Part shown: positions 42,158 through 55,667 of the stretch, piece after piece
How positions within the stretch are numbered: the first letter of the stretch is position 1
Layout of the letters: each line of letters opens with the position of its first letter
Assembly: GCA_946965045.2 (NCBI GenBank)
Contig: OX337233.1
Location: forward strand, 3,162,001-3,226,000
Reading direction: 5' to 3'
DNA: 64,000 nucleotides
Source of the DNA: Epithemia pelagica
Taxonomy: Eukaryota; Protista; Bacillariophyta
Notes under the pieces: generated by a model
Told to the model about the DNA's origin: nothing
What the model saw: the letters and a program-made list of their open reading frames with translations, nothing else
Database searches by the model: none
Position numbers and translations under genes: made by a program

Positions 42158-45100
42158 TCATTCTCCCATGGCCACAAACACGTCTTCCAGGGACGATTGC
42201 GAAAACAAGAATTGGTTAATGTTGCCATATTCAAACCGCTCGGCGCTGTACAGCACACGAAAGATATCCGCCAAGCTCACGTTGGCATGGTGTGGACGAT
42301 TCTCTTCTTCTTTTTGTTCGTGTGGAGAATGATGGCGGTCCGTGTCATTCATGGGTCGTCGGGGCAAGGCAATGTGCAAGGTTTTGGCTTGTCGGGTTTG
42401 AATCACAGCGCCGGGATGCAGCTTGGTGCGGACAAATTCCAAGGCTCGATCTTGAGTTTGCGCATCTCTGTGAGTCAAATTCAACTGCAACAAAAAGCCG
42501 GACCCATAGGTATCCTTGAGCCACTGCTGTGTCCCAATGGTTTTCAATTGACCGTGCGCCATAATGGCAATGCGGTTACAGAGCGTGTCCGCTTCCAACA
42601 TCATGTGAGTGGCTGCAAACACACACACACGCAAGACAGAGCAACGGGGGGTCAGAAAGCAGGACTCGGTGTGATGAATGCAGGAAGCACCCACGACACC
42701 ACTTACTAATGACAATGGCGCGATCTTGGGTACCAAAGGATCCAATCAACTCCCATATCGTGTTTCGAGTGGACGGATCCAATCCGGTGGCTGTTTTTCG
42801 TGATGGAACAGAGAAATGGAAAATTTGACATGAGACACTGGTCGAAAAGTTTTGGATCAAGAAATATTGGTGAGCAGTACTTACTTGGCTCATCAAGGAA
42901 CAGCACGCTTGGTGCACCAATCAGGGAAATAGCAATGGAAAGACGACGGCGCATACCACCCGACAATTGTCCGGCCAGGCGATTGTATACTTCTGGAGCG
43001 CCCAGGCCGACAGAAGAAGCCACGGCAAGAGCAATTTCCGAAAGACGGTCCATGGGCAGCCCTTTGAGACCACCAAAGAATTCCAAATGGACCTTAACAC
43101 TTTCGAAGGGCCAAATGACGTCAAACTGGGCACAGTTTCCCAATCGCTCAAAGGCCTGAATTTGCTCCACACCAATATCGTATCCGGCGACCAAGGCAAT
43201 GCCGGAAGATGCCTCATGTCCTCCCGCGAAAATCTTGAGTGCCGTACTCTTTCCTGCCCCATTCTTTCCCAGCAAGCCCAGAACCTGCCCCTTGGGAACG
43301 TGCAAGTCGAAGGAATCCAAAGCCACCTTTGTAGACAATCCACTGGGTAGTACGTATTCCTTGTGCAACTTGTAAGCCACAACTTGAGGAAGTTCTTCCC
43401 GCGGAATGGCTTCATAGTCATGGATATGAACGGCTGCGTCCTCTGATTCATCTTCGGTGTTAACAAATGACTTGACCAAGTTACGGACCGTATCAGACTC
43501 ATTCGATACTTCTTGAGCTCTGACGGAATTGCCTTCGTTCTTACTGGAAGCGGTTGCGGTCGACATGCATCGAAAGGGGTTCAAAGATTTGCTCACAAAG
43601 TTCCGGAGAGAAGCCTTCCACTTCTGAACTGTCTTTCCAGGATAGGATAGGATTGAAACGAGCACAAACCCAAGAACAGCCAAAGCAATAGCCCCAAGTA
43701 CCATGTAGCCAATGAAGCCTTTGTATAGGTCTTGGGCGTACGGGAACTGACATGTGTTTCCGCTGCAGTCGTAGTCGCCGGTCAGCATTGGAATGAGTTT
43801 GTTTTCAACGTACTCTGGGGGGTCTGAAGTGAAGGTAATTTCAGATATGAGACTCATGTAGAGTCCCTGATACGTGCCCATTTGCGGGAGAAGGCCTGCA
43901 ACCGTTGGGATACAAAAGGCCCCCGATGGCCCCGTGTGTGTATCGAGCCCAACACAGTTCAAGAAGGTTTCGCCGTCTACACTCGATTCATTTCCATAAA
44001 AGGTCGTGTTGCAAATGTCCCACTCGCACTCCTGAAGTCTGTTCGGTTTGCGCGAGCTGAACAGTTCGGACAAAACCCAAGGGATAATGGTAACGATAAG
44101 GACAATGAGAGCCAAGAGTGTGATACCAATTTTGAAACCGGGTAAATGTGAACTGGCAAGCACACTTCCAGGTATCGTTAAGGGAAGTGCGGCCATAATC
44201 CCTACCATAAGACCATAGTGTCCTGGGGTGTGTCGAGCATATAGCTGAACGCTTTGGCCCTCGTATTCGTCACTCCACCACTCTACCAATGGGACCTCTT
44301 CCATTTTGTGCCTGTCTCCGAACTTCCATTTACATTGGTCACCATCGTCTTCCGCATCGCAGACTTCAGACATGCGAAATAGAGGCGTGGCGAAAACGAA
44401 ACTCAGAACCAAAAAGGTGAACAACAGCGAGACACAATACGAGTAAACTGCCTGTGCCGAGATATGTGCCGTCTTGAGCGTTCCTTGAGCTCGAGTCAAA
44501 TAAAAGAGACCGGAATAGCGCTCATGATAAATTGGCGTCATAATCGTCAACAAGGGAAGAAACAAGGTGAAAACAATCAAAATGAGCACACCTCCAAACT
44601 CCAAGTAATGCGTGCTGTTGATTGCAATAATGACCGAAAGAAACAAAAAGACACCGAGTGTCAACCAATTGGACAACGAACTCTTTCCAACCCAATCACG
44701 GATAATCATAAACTTGAGAAACGCCTTCAACTGCCGTTTCACCGTCAATTTGGGTTGAAAGGAACCGATTCCATTCATGGCGTTCTCGTCGATTGTGACG
44801 GCCAACGCATCATTTTGCTCGTCCTCCAGACTTTGTTCTGGATCTGGGCTATCTCCATTGCTGGTCCGCATTGTCTGGGTTTCTTCTTCGTTTTCACCTC
44901 TTGTCACTTTCAAAAAGACCTCTTCGAGCGAACTATTGGAGAAACCATACTCGCGTACACCTGAATCGCTGCTGTCCAAGAACGCAGCGAATTGGACCAA
45001 GGTTTCAACGTCTACCCCATCATCAGAGACATCACCGGGTTTAAGACCCATCGATTCATCACGAACCTTTGTTATGGCAACCGTCACATTTCCAGTGCCT

Positions 45101-48100
45101 CCCTGTTGAACATCGACCCACTCCTCTTGCCCGGCGAATCGTTGATGAATCAATCCAACAGTGCGATCCAAGTCTTCGGGTTCGACAAGCAACGTGAACT
45201 GTAGGGAGGAACCATGCCCTGTCTTCAGTTGAAGTGGGGATCCACTGGCAGCAACATCGCCCTTTCGCATAATAACGACTGTATCTGCAAGCAAGTCGGC
45301 TTCTTCCATGGCGTGTGTAGTCTTGTGCACATAAAGGACGAAAGCAAAAGAGATTGCATGTGAGAAAAATAGAGACAAAGACTCCAGGGATCATATGGGA
45401 ACGTACCAGCAGTACAACCCTGCCTTCTTTAATACTATCGATATGCTTCCAAACAAAACGACGCGAAACTGGATCCATCCCAGTTGTTGGCTCGTCCAAA
45501 ACAATAAATGGCCTTTCTCCAATTGTCTGTCGTTGAGCCAGAAAAAATGAAATACTTGAGCTCTGCTATCATCACGTTGTATAGAAGCACACGAAGGACC
45601 AACTTGCAACACTTACCGAACAAGCCACTGACAGACGCCTCTTCATTCCTCCCGAGAATCCTGAACTATATCCGTCTTGAACGAGGTCAAGATCTACACT
45701 TTCCAGCCATTTTTGTACCATGCTATCGAGATCCGCATCCGCAACCCCACGGAGCCCTGCATAGAGTTCGAGGTGCTCCCGCGCGGAAAGCTTGGGGTAC
45801 AAATAGTCATCCTGCTTACATACACCAATGAGCTGACGAACACTGTACTTGTCCTTCGAGGCAGAAAGCCCAAAGATGGAAGCGGATCCTTCGCTTGGTT
45901 CGGTCTCGCAAAAAAGCATATGGGACAGCGTTGTTTTCCCGGCACCGTTATGTCCTGTTGCATCATCGGAATAGCATCATTTTGAGGTGAGTGATCGCGT
46001 TATCAGACAGCGTGGTTGACTTCTAATTTCAGTTTGCTTACTGAGCAAGGCTGTGACTTCTCCCACAGCCAGAGAAACATCCACACAATTTACGGCATGA
46101 TTGTCTCCGTAACGTTTCGTTATAGAGGCTGTGGAAACTCCCGTTTCACCTTGAGATACCGCGTCTCGAATGGGCCTTGCCCCGCCAAACCACTAACGGC
46201 GAAGGAAAGGAAAGTACAGAGGCTGAGGAGCTCCATTCTGTAAAGAACAAACAAGGGAACAAACAACGACGAATCAAAATAAGAGGCGACTTTGTCGAAA
46301 CGAACGAGCCGTCGGATCAATCGCGTCACCCGTCCGATAGAACTTACCCCTCTGGGGAAAACTTGAATCCAATAAGCCGCGAGGCACGTGTACAGCGTCG
46401 AAAATGCAAGCAAGGTAGCAATCATTGCGCTATTGGAAGTTGATTCTGTTTCTTCAGACCCTTGGCATAAGAAAAGGCCTTCGCAAAACGCTTCGGACAA
46501 ATTTGCTGCCGGACAATTGGTGTACGAAATTTCTTCCACTGGATCCCACTCGGAACTAACCTCGAAAGTACGTACAGTGGTTCCTTGCTCATACAACGAG
46601 GTACCTTGGGCGTTTTCGGGGTCCAAAGGATCAATCGATCGACGAGCTAAAGTTTCGGCACTCATGGACATGTGCTTGAAGCCGAATTCGCGGTCTGGCA
46701 TCCCCGTGTAGCCCAAAAAGTTTCCCCACATGAGTAGAAAAGGTGTGTAAGGGATAGCGGCCAACGCAAACTTGGTGATTCCTTTTTCCTGGATAGAACG
46801 GAAAAGAGAAAGGGAAGAGCACATTGAGTTGGTCAAAAAGAAGCAGATGATGATCGGACACTGTCGAGAACTTACCTTGATAGACACGTAGCTTCCAAAT
46901 CCGGTGGCGAAGTAACATCCCAGAATGTATTCATCGGATGGGACTTCCAGGCGTTCCTCGGGCGTCTTTAGATTCTTGGCCTCGGAGAATGACATGAGCG
47001 GCTGGTCACATGTTTGGCGTTCCAATCCAACAAAAGTTCCATTGTCAAACTCACGACGGACAAAAGCATATGACTACGGACAGACAGAACATTTGAACAA
47101 TAATAATGAGTTGATACGGAACGCGCTCTGAAAGAACACTCAAATCGTTCCGGAACTTACCGTATTGCGGTTGACCCAGAATATTCCCACTGGTGTGCTG
47201 AGATAAGGGCGATTGACAACACCGGCATCGTAGGGAATGTCACTCTTGTTTACAACGACGATGAAGGGGCCCCATGGCGCAACGAGCATGATCATGATAA
47301 AAAGGGCCGCAAGTGATCGTGCGCCACCTGCCACTGCAACGAGGAGAAAGGAACATCCCACCAAGCCAATGTTGAGGAACAAAATCGAAACGAACAAAGG
47401 ACCAAATGATGTGGATTTGAAAACGTGGACATCATCAATGAGCTTGGCCGTCATTGCTCCCAACATTGCATTGACTGTGGAAATGAGAAGAAAGGGTATC
47501 CACCAGCTTGCCCAAAAGACACTTTCTCTCACACCCAGAGTTCGAAGCACTCCGAGCATTTTGGTCTCAATCTCTGGCTGTACAAAGAGATAGGCACAAA
47601 TTGCCAAAACCATTGGGCCCAAGGCTGTGAACAAGATCAAGAGGAGACATGCGATCAGAACGCGGTTGCAAACTTTCACCCACCACCTCATTTCCAAATC
47701 CACTTACCCACAACGGTGACATTGAATCCATCACGCCACGAATCATTGTAGGACATGGGAGTCTTGTCGTCCCAATCCCTTTCCAGGAAGTTTCCTTCTT
47801 CATCGTAGCGTTGAGACTCGTAGTACTCCCAAGTGACTGCTCCACACTCATCCAAGGGAATTTCGGAGAAATTTCCCACTTCACTGCCTCCCTCGTGAGT
47901 TCCCCAAGAAAGCAAAACGGAAATGATCGAACTCATTGTCTGTTTTGTGACAAAACTGTGAGAGACGATGATAAAAGCAGAGGAACACTTTTTGCCGCTT
48001 CGATAGAACACACACACGTACCATAACCGTAAGAAGAATGGGGCGTCGTGTCATCAAGAGGTAGTTTTTGCGAAGGACAAACGAGAGCTGCCGCAACCAT

Positions 48101-48282
48101 GGAACCACAGGGATCTCAATGGTGGTGCGCGACTCAGAATCCTCGTCCACAGGCACCGCTCCCGAGGCGGCATCCATCTTGGAATTCTCGTCCTCTTCCA
48201 ATGCCGTGGACGTATGTTTCACTGGCATCGATGGTGGTGGAGGATTCCCTTCCTCCTCGACAACTGGTGCTGGTTCCATCAT
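42158..48282 (-). pseudogene. Full-size ABCA-family transporter copy 2 (11 exons), in-frame TAG at 46193-46195 and Walker A Gly to Arg
   Basis: Intron positions match copy 1. Exon 6 reads LRR*WFGG versus LSRYWFGG in copy 1. Split codon A|GA gives RHNGAGKTT versus GHNGAGKTT. Confidence 0.75.
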
Positions 48283-49316
48283 GAACGTCTTCTTCAACGG
48301 TGATCACTGGCCTTTGTTTCTGTCGGAATGATTTTTTTAGAGCCAAAGCAATTTGTGAGCAACACTGGAAAATAGAAGTTTTGGATCTCTGTTATCTTTC
48401 TGTTGAAGGCAGTCTCATCGGTGACGCGAGACTGGCATTTTGGTTCGGAACCACCGGAACAAGGATGAACTTGACAATGGGATGGTTGTGTTGGTGTTTG
48501 GTGTCTGTGGGACTTAAATATCAAAAGATGATGCGGTATCTTCACAGTCAGTCGCCCGCCGTGGCACGTGCCTCCCCCCAATCAGTAGCTTTTCTTTGTT
48601 CCGTTAACGGTCCATCCATGAGGTAGCAATTGGGGGATCGAGATCTATTTGGGGGGCCTTTGTTGCGTACTCTTTGGGGGAGCAGAAATGGGCGTGCGAG
48701 TGATAGCTATCCCTACTCCTAGTAGTGGAGTAACCTTAGGTGATGGTTGCTCTAACCGTTGATTCCATACTCGTTGCTTGTATGCGGTAGGGGTACTCGT
48801 TCTGTGATAAATACTCTTTTGTTTCTTAGATTGATACCTAGCTGGAGGAGAAGACAGCAGGCCTCATCGCGAAGTGGCTCTTCGACAGGTGCCTCTCGAC
48901 AGGGGGGATTCCAAAGCGCACTTTAGGAAGAGTTTCGTTTCAACAATAAAGCTCATGTGGAGTACTTTTGTTTGTGTCCTAATACCAACGTTCGTTCGGA
49001 AAACGAAACTTGCGTATAGACGATCCATCACACGGCAGAGACATGGACTACCCATAGATGCTGCTAGTAGAAATAGGTAGGTGGCAAGCGACGATTCCAT
49101 TTTGTCTGGACGCTTTCTCAAATCATTCTCGTCCCTGCTGACTGCTCGCGCAGTCCGCGGACCTAGGACGTTTCACCTGACGCCCACTCGTTCAAGCAAC
49201 AATACAACGAACGAGAAACTGTAGAGAACCGCGCCATCCTCCTCTAATGGATACAGAGTGGTGGTTGATGGCGCGGGAATGTTCGTTTCAAATCCAAAGA
49301 TAAGATCAATGATCCG

Positions 49317-51199
49317 TCATGCATTCGTTGTGGTTGTGTTGGTTGTCGTTTCATTGATCGTGTTGGTGTTGGTGTCGTTGTTACTGCTCTTGTGATTCTT
49401 GACAATCGTGGCCCGATCCGTCCACTTGGCCATGTATCCCAGCGGCGACTCCTTCATGGTATGCAAATGACTGGAATCCCAATGGTCCAAATCCAATTCC
49501 ATCTTTAATTCGGTATTGAGTTGTTGCAATTCTTGAAACCACAATTTATAAAAGGAATGCGTTTTGAGTTTGTGCAAGGATTGTTGCCATGGTTTGCTGG
49601 AACCGGTAAAATGCATATAATCGCGGTAGGGGACAAAACATCGAAAATCGGTTTCATTGGTAAAGGGGGCATGACATCCGGGCATGGTGGCCAAGGGAGG
49701 CGTGGCATTGTGTCGCAAGTCCTCCAAGACATTCCAATTCTCTCCTTGTTTGTGGGGACGACGCATGGTACCATCCTTTGTCATGGTAGTGCTGCTCGCA
49801 TTGCCTGGAACCCAATGTTGCAACTTGTTTTTAATGACAATGGTGACATCCTGTTTGACAAATTTGGCCCAATAATACATCAAGCCTATAGATAGGATAG
49901 AGAAAACGCCGGGCAAAACCAACAGAGAAGCAAACGACAACGTGAGAACGCAGGCAAGTCTTGGTTTTTCGTGTCCTCAAACAAACAAATCATGTACCAA
50001 CCAGCCCAGAAATGGCTCCATGGGCGCAGCACTTTATGATCCGCACTCCATCATCCAACGGTTCACCACACACGAAACGTACCTTGATCGGAATGTCCGG
50101 CATGAAATCGCCACGTGGTTCCATTCTTGAGGACGGCTTCCCAGTAGTCCTGTTCCTTTTGAAAGTGGTAGCCCCATCCAAGTTTCCAATCAAAATGGGG
50201 ATAGGGCAACAATTTGCCCGCTTCATGTTGCGCATGCACCGCCGCTTGCCACGATTCCCAATCTCCGGGCAGCGGTTGGACCAAAAAGACTCCGGTATTG
50301 CAGGGTTCTCCTCGCGTCGCCACCATGACATTGGGACGTAGGATACCCTGAACACTGAGATGAAACCAATAATCCAAATTGACGAGTGGCACAATATCGG
50401 CATCCAAAAACAAGACGCGTTGATACATGGTCATTTGCAACAATCGAAATTTGCTATACACGACTTGGGCAAAGGATTCGTGGGCCGGTTGTTCCAATTC
50501 TTGAATGCGAATGTTGAGGGCCGTCAACCATTCCACGTCTTGTTCGGGCAAGGACGTGCGATTCGATTCGGGAGAAACTTGCGTCCAAATCCACACATCG
50601 GCCGTCGATCCCAAGCGTCGAAGGATGCGCGTGGCAATCAAAATATTGTACAAGAATCCCTTGTAGGCGGGTTGGTCCTCACGAATACCACCCAACACAA
50701 AGGCATAGGCATACGGTGAGGTTGGTGCTGGATATGGAGTGCCATTGAGAATCATCCTGTTGTCGGTGTTGGAAGAGGACGAGGATGTACCCGACACTGG
50801 CTCTGTGATTTGGTCCGTCTCCTTCCGAGGTTCCTCTTGTTGTTGTTCTTGTTGTGAAATGGTAACAACGGTGGATTCGACGTCCTCTTGTTTGGAGGGT
50901 GGAGGAACCAAGCCGTGAGAATCGACCGTACCGTGTTCGGATGGTGGCTTTGGTTTCCGCCGTACTTGGTTGGGACGACTCATGTCGTGGTAATAGTTCA
51001 TCTTTGTTTCGTGCGGATGATGGTTGTCGCCCGCATGACTGCTACTCGACACGAGTCCACTATGAATCCAAAACAGCAGCAACGATTGACACAGGTAGGC
51101 AATCAACAAAATCCATCCGGCCAAGACCCACAGAGGACGACTTTTGGTCCATGAAGTTGTCGCCGCCTTGGTGCTAGTCATGGTGGTTGTTTTTTTCAT
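49317..51199 (-). CDS. GT8-like glycosyltransferase family B, single domain; exons 51199-50083, 49885-49317 (561 aa)
   Basis: TM anchor; KFRLLQMTMYQRVLFLDADI, EPCNTGVF, SDQG|LMYYW, HFTGSSKPW; phase-1 intron 50082-49886. Confidence 0.8.
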
Positions 51200-51925
51200 G
51201 GGTGTTGTTGTCACTTGCTCCGTCTTCTTGTGTTCTTCTTGGTCCCCCTTCTTTCTTCTTTCGACACACTCGACAGGACCTTTGTGAGGAACGGCAGAGA
51301 AAAAGAGAGGGCCTCCACTTCTGTATATATGGTTGCCTGTTGGCTTGTTGTGTTGTTCTTTTGTCACTGTTGTCACACAAAGAGGTCTGACGAAATTTCG
51401 CGAGCAAAATGCCTCCACAAAGCTTACGCTCTAGCTTTCAAATACTATGAGAGAGTGAGGCCTCCAGAGCAAAGAGAAACAATTAAATATAAATGCGATC
51501 CAAAATTGACAAACAAGCTCTGGGAAGTGGTAAGATGAACGTGAGTCGCGACTGGTGACCGTACAACGGACATGGACGAATACTCATCCCACAACGGACA
51601 ACGGACACAATTCTCGATCCGTTGTCAGCGCCGGCCCACAGTCAGACAGCTCGAAGCGCAGGGCGTTGCTCCTTTCCCAACTATTTTTGGTATCGAGTTT
51701 TGCGGTGTGTTTTTGTTTGGTGTTCGTGGTCGTTCTACACACAGAACGACAGAAGGATGTCCTCTAGACATGCAATTCCTAGGATCGTATGTGCCTCATG
51801 ATTTAGTCTCTACTAACGGAAAAACGAACAAAAGGCTACCATAAATTCCAGCTACGAATCCAAAATTGTGTGTGGCGTTGTGTGGTTGTGGTCCACTGTT
51901 CTCTCGTTGTGATTGTTGCTCGCAA

Positions 51926-51926
<1 letters not shown>

Positions 51927-51962
<36 letters not shown>
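51927..51962. repeat. (AC)18 microsatellite
   Basis: Directly visible. Confidence 0.95.
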
Positions 51963-51964
<2 letters not shown>

Positions 51965-52093
51965 CGTGGATTGGTCGACAACCTCTCCGAGGTGGCCTTT
52001 TCCTCGCTCTAGAGGGCATCTGTTTTGGTTTCACCCACGTGGAACCTCTCAAGGATGCACCGTCAGGAACAAAACCAGAATATAGTTGTCGAA

Positions 52094-55000
52094 TTATTGG
52101 GAAACTGCTGCTAGACTGTCCACCAGTGTGATAGTGCTGCTGCTGTTGCTATCATGAGCTATGTTGTGGTTATTGATACTGGTGTCAATGTTGCTTTCCA
52201 GAGTCTTGTTGTCATTGTTGTTGTTGCCGCTGTCTGTGCTGTTGTTGTCAGCAGTCTTGTTGTTGTTGCTGTCTGTGCTGTTGCTGTCAGCAGTCGTCTT
52301 GTCATTTTTGTTGTTACTGCTGTTTGTGCTGTTGCTGGAAAGAGTTTTATTGTCATTGTTGTTGCTGCTGCTGGTTGTGCTGTTGCTGTCAACAGTCGTG
52401 TTGTCATTTTTGTTGTTACTGCTGTTTGTGCTGTTGCTGAAAAGAGTGTTATTGTCATTGTTGTTGCTGCTGCTGCTGTTTGTGCTGTTGCTGTCAACAG
52501 TCTTAGTGTCATTGTTGTTGCGTTCTGCATAACTTTGCACGAGGTTGGCATGGTCACTAAAGGTGGCCTGTTTTCCTAGGGGAGGAGCTTTGAGTTGTGA
52601 CCAAATCTTCTTGTCCCAATCACGCTGAATGTTCAGCCCCATATCCAATTGGTGATTGAGACGTTCCAATTCCTTCAACCACAACCGGTAAAAGCTGTTG
52701 AGTTGCAGTTTGTGCAATCGGTGTGCCCAGGGCTTTTTCGTTCCCATAAAATGTTTAAAGTCGCGGTATGGAGCAAAACAACGAAACCCCTCCTCCTTCT
52801 CGTCCTCCTCCTCCGTGGATTGATCCATGGCAGAAGCAGTACTATTGTCGTGAGTGGTGAGACTTTCATTCTGTCGTCCCCGGGTGGATCGACCAAGACA
52901 CTCTTGGGAAAGGACCAGAGGGGTGGGTGAATTGGATCGCGACTCCAACACGTTCCATTCTTCGCTCTGGAGAATGGGTCGACGCTTCTTCTTCTTCTTA
53001 CGACCACTTGGAATCCAGTGCTGCACACGGTTCTTGATGACAATCGATACATCTTGCTTGACAAACTTGGTCCAATAATACATGAGGCCTGTCATGTATA
53101 TTGGTTTGTAGGAGTCACAACGCAAAAGAAAGCACAAATGAGCATGAATGAGTGTTTTGTGTAAGGTTAGACCATAGTCTCAACGCGCGCACACACACAA
53201 GGCCCACCGTAGGATGGTTGGTGGTTTATTGCTCGTACCTTGATCGGAATGACCGGCATGAAACTTCCATTTGGTACCATTTTTCTGAATGGCTTCCCAC
53301 TGATCGTGATTCTTTTGAAAATTGTAGCCCCATCCCTTTTTCCAATGAAAGTGGGGATAGGGCAATTTCTGGCCGGCCTCATGTTGGGCCTGGACGACTT
53401 GTTGGAGTCGTTCCCAATCGCCGGGCAGGGGTTGGACGATAAACAAGCCGGTATTGCAGGGTTCTCCGCGCGACGCCATAATGAGATTGGGACGAAAGGT
53501 GGCGGTCGGACCCATGGACAAGTGAAACAAGTAATCCAAATTGACCAAGGGCATGATATCGGCATCCAAAAACATGACACGTTCGTATTGCGTCATTTGC
53601 AACAAGCGAAATTTGTCATAGACGACTTGGGCAAAGGACTCGTGGGCCGGTTTTTCCAATTCGTGAATGTGAATCTTCAAGGCCGTCAAGAGTCGCACGT
53701 CTTCTTCCGGCAAGGTGGTTCGATGGGAATCGGGGGATAATTGTGTCCAAATCCAAAAGTCGGCCGTTGAGCCGAGTCGTCGCAACAGATTGGTGGCAAT
53801 GAGAATATCGTACAAAAAGCCCTTGTAGGCGGGTCGATCTTCATGAATACCGCCCAAGACAAAGGCATAGGCATAGGGAGAGGATGGTTGCGTTGTCGTT
53901 GTCGTTTGCGACACGAGCACGTTGTGATCGTGATTGGCATCCGGCCCAATGGTTTCGGCCGCCGCGGCCGTGGTTGTAATGGCATTCGTTGTTGGCCCGT
54001 TGTTCTGGATCAAGGTGGGAAGGACGGATTGATCCCAATGATCCAAGTTGAGGTTAATACCCATTTCCTCATTGAGCGTGACAAGTTCATTCCACCACAG
54101 TCGATACGAGGAAACATGTTGTAAGGTGTGCCAGTGTTGATGCCAGGGCACTTTTTTGGAGCCTCCCAATGGTTTCCAGTGTCGGTAGGGAGCATAGCAA
54201 TAATACTTTTTCGGTTGCGTGGTGCCATTGACTTGCTCCCTGGTACACTCGGACGGCAGTTCCACTAGAGGAGGAGGAGTGGACTCCAAGACATTCCAGT
54301 CTTCCCGTAGTTTCACGGGCCAATTGCCGTTCTCCTTGCTTCCAGGGATCCAGTGTTGGACACGATTTTGAATGACAATGGACACATTTTGCTTGACATA
54401 TTTGGTCCAATAATACAATAATCCTGGAGAAAGCAAGCAAGCAAGCAAGAAAGAAAGACGACAACAACAACAACAACCACAAAATCGTAATTTGGTCCCG
54501 TGTCAGTGACTGATGTATGCGAATGATCCGGAAACAAATCACACCATGAATCATCATCAACGCACACATTCACTCACCTTGATCGGGATGTCGTGCCGCA
54601 AACTTCCATGTGGTACCATTTTTGGCAATGGCCTCCCACTGATCGTGATGCTCCTGGAAATTGTATCCCCACCCCGCCTCGTGTCCATCCAATGCCAATG
54701 ATTGCGGCTTTGCCGCAGCGACCATTTGTTGCAGTCGTTCCCAATCGCCCACTTGAGGGTGCACGACAACGAGGGCCGTGGTACACGGATCACCCCGTGT
54801 CGCAATCAAGACATTAGATTGGAGCGTGCCATTGGCACTGGCCTCCATCAAGTAGTCGAACGGGGCCACGGGCAAGACATGGGCCGCATCCACCAACAGG
54901 ACGCGTTGATACTGCGTCATGCGCCAAATTTGAAACTTGGCCCACCAGTGGTCGTCATCGTTGTCGTCGTTGGACGACGACAGGTCCTCGTCGTCGAGGG

Positions 55001-55667
55001 ACGCGAGGGAAATGTTGAGCGCGTGGACCCATTGAACCTGTTGATGGGTCCAAACCATTGTGGGTCGAGTCCACAACCACACGTCGGCCGTCGATCCCCA
55101 TGTGTGTTTCCACAAGTGTGTGGCAATGAGGATATTCCACAAGAGTCCGGGATCCATCTCGGCAGTGGGTACGACAAAGGCGTAGGCAAACGGCGACGAT
55201 GGTGAGTTGTGGCTGTTGGTGGACGACACAATGGCACTTGTTGTTGTCGTCGTGGTCCTTGTTGTATCTCGTTTCGGAGCGAGCTGTTCCCGTGGTGTGG
55301 CCTGGTCCACGACATTGTGGTTGTTGGAGACGAACGGGTGTGGTTCGGAGCTGTGAAAGGGAGCGGGTGGAGCATGAACTGTGGTGGTCCTTGTGGTTGT
55401 GGTTGTTCGGTGGGGTTGTTGTTCGGGAACCAACCATCCCACCAACAAGACTTGACTGGTGAGATTCCATCCCACGTAGGCATAACAAAATCGATGCAAC
55501 CACCACGCAATGGTGGTTGTTGTCGTTGTCGTTGTCGTTGTTGTTGTCGTCTTTTGTTTCTTCTTTTGAGGGAGGATTCGAGAAGCATGGTACTCGGGTG
55601 AACCACCACGAGTGGTGATTCTATTAGGATTCTTCGTCTTCTTGTGAATGGAGGAACGAGTGGTCAT
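52094..55667 (-). CDS. Tandem two-domain GT8-like family B protein; exons 55667-54578, 54423-53239, 53088-52094 (1089 aa)
   Basis: Both introns fall at DQG|LxYYW and the exon lengths (1090+1185+995 nt) keep frame. Exon 2 carries the C-half of domain 1 fused to the N-half of domain 2. Confidence 0.8.
52200..52530 (-). repeat. Coding ~48-54-bp repeat giving an Asn/Ser/Thr/Asp-rich tail
   Basis: Alternating NNNDNxTLxSNSTNSS / NNKNDxTTxDSNSTxS units. Confidence 0.85.

Noticed and set aside
46193-46195. TAG as programmed readthrough or recoding
   Set aside because: All other genes use the standard code, there is no supporting signal, and a second lesion (Walker A) favours decay.
3814-48721. TACTCCTA/TAGGAGTA at 3814, 10393, 14599, 16450 and 48714 as a cluster-wide regulatory motif
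   Set aside because: About two hits are expected by chance for an 8-mer on both strands of 64 kb, and orientation and distance are inconsistent.
52154-52579. Hydrophobic Leu/Val-rich ORFs in alternative frames
   Set aside because: They are alternative readings of the coding repeat tail of the two-domain GT8.
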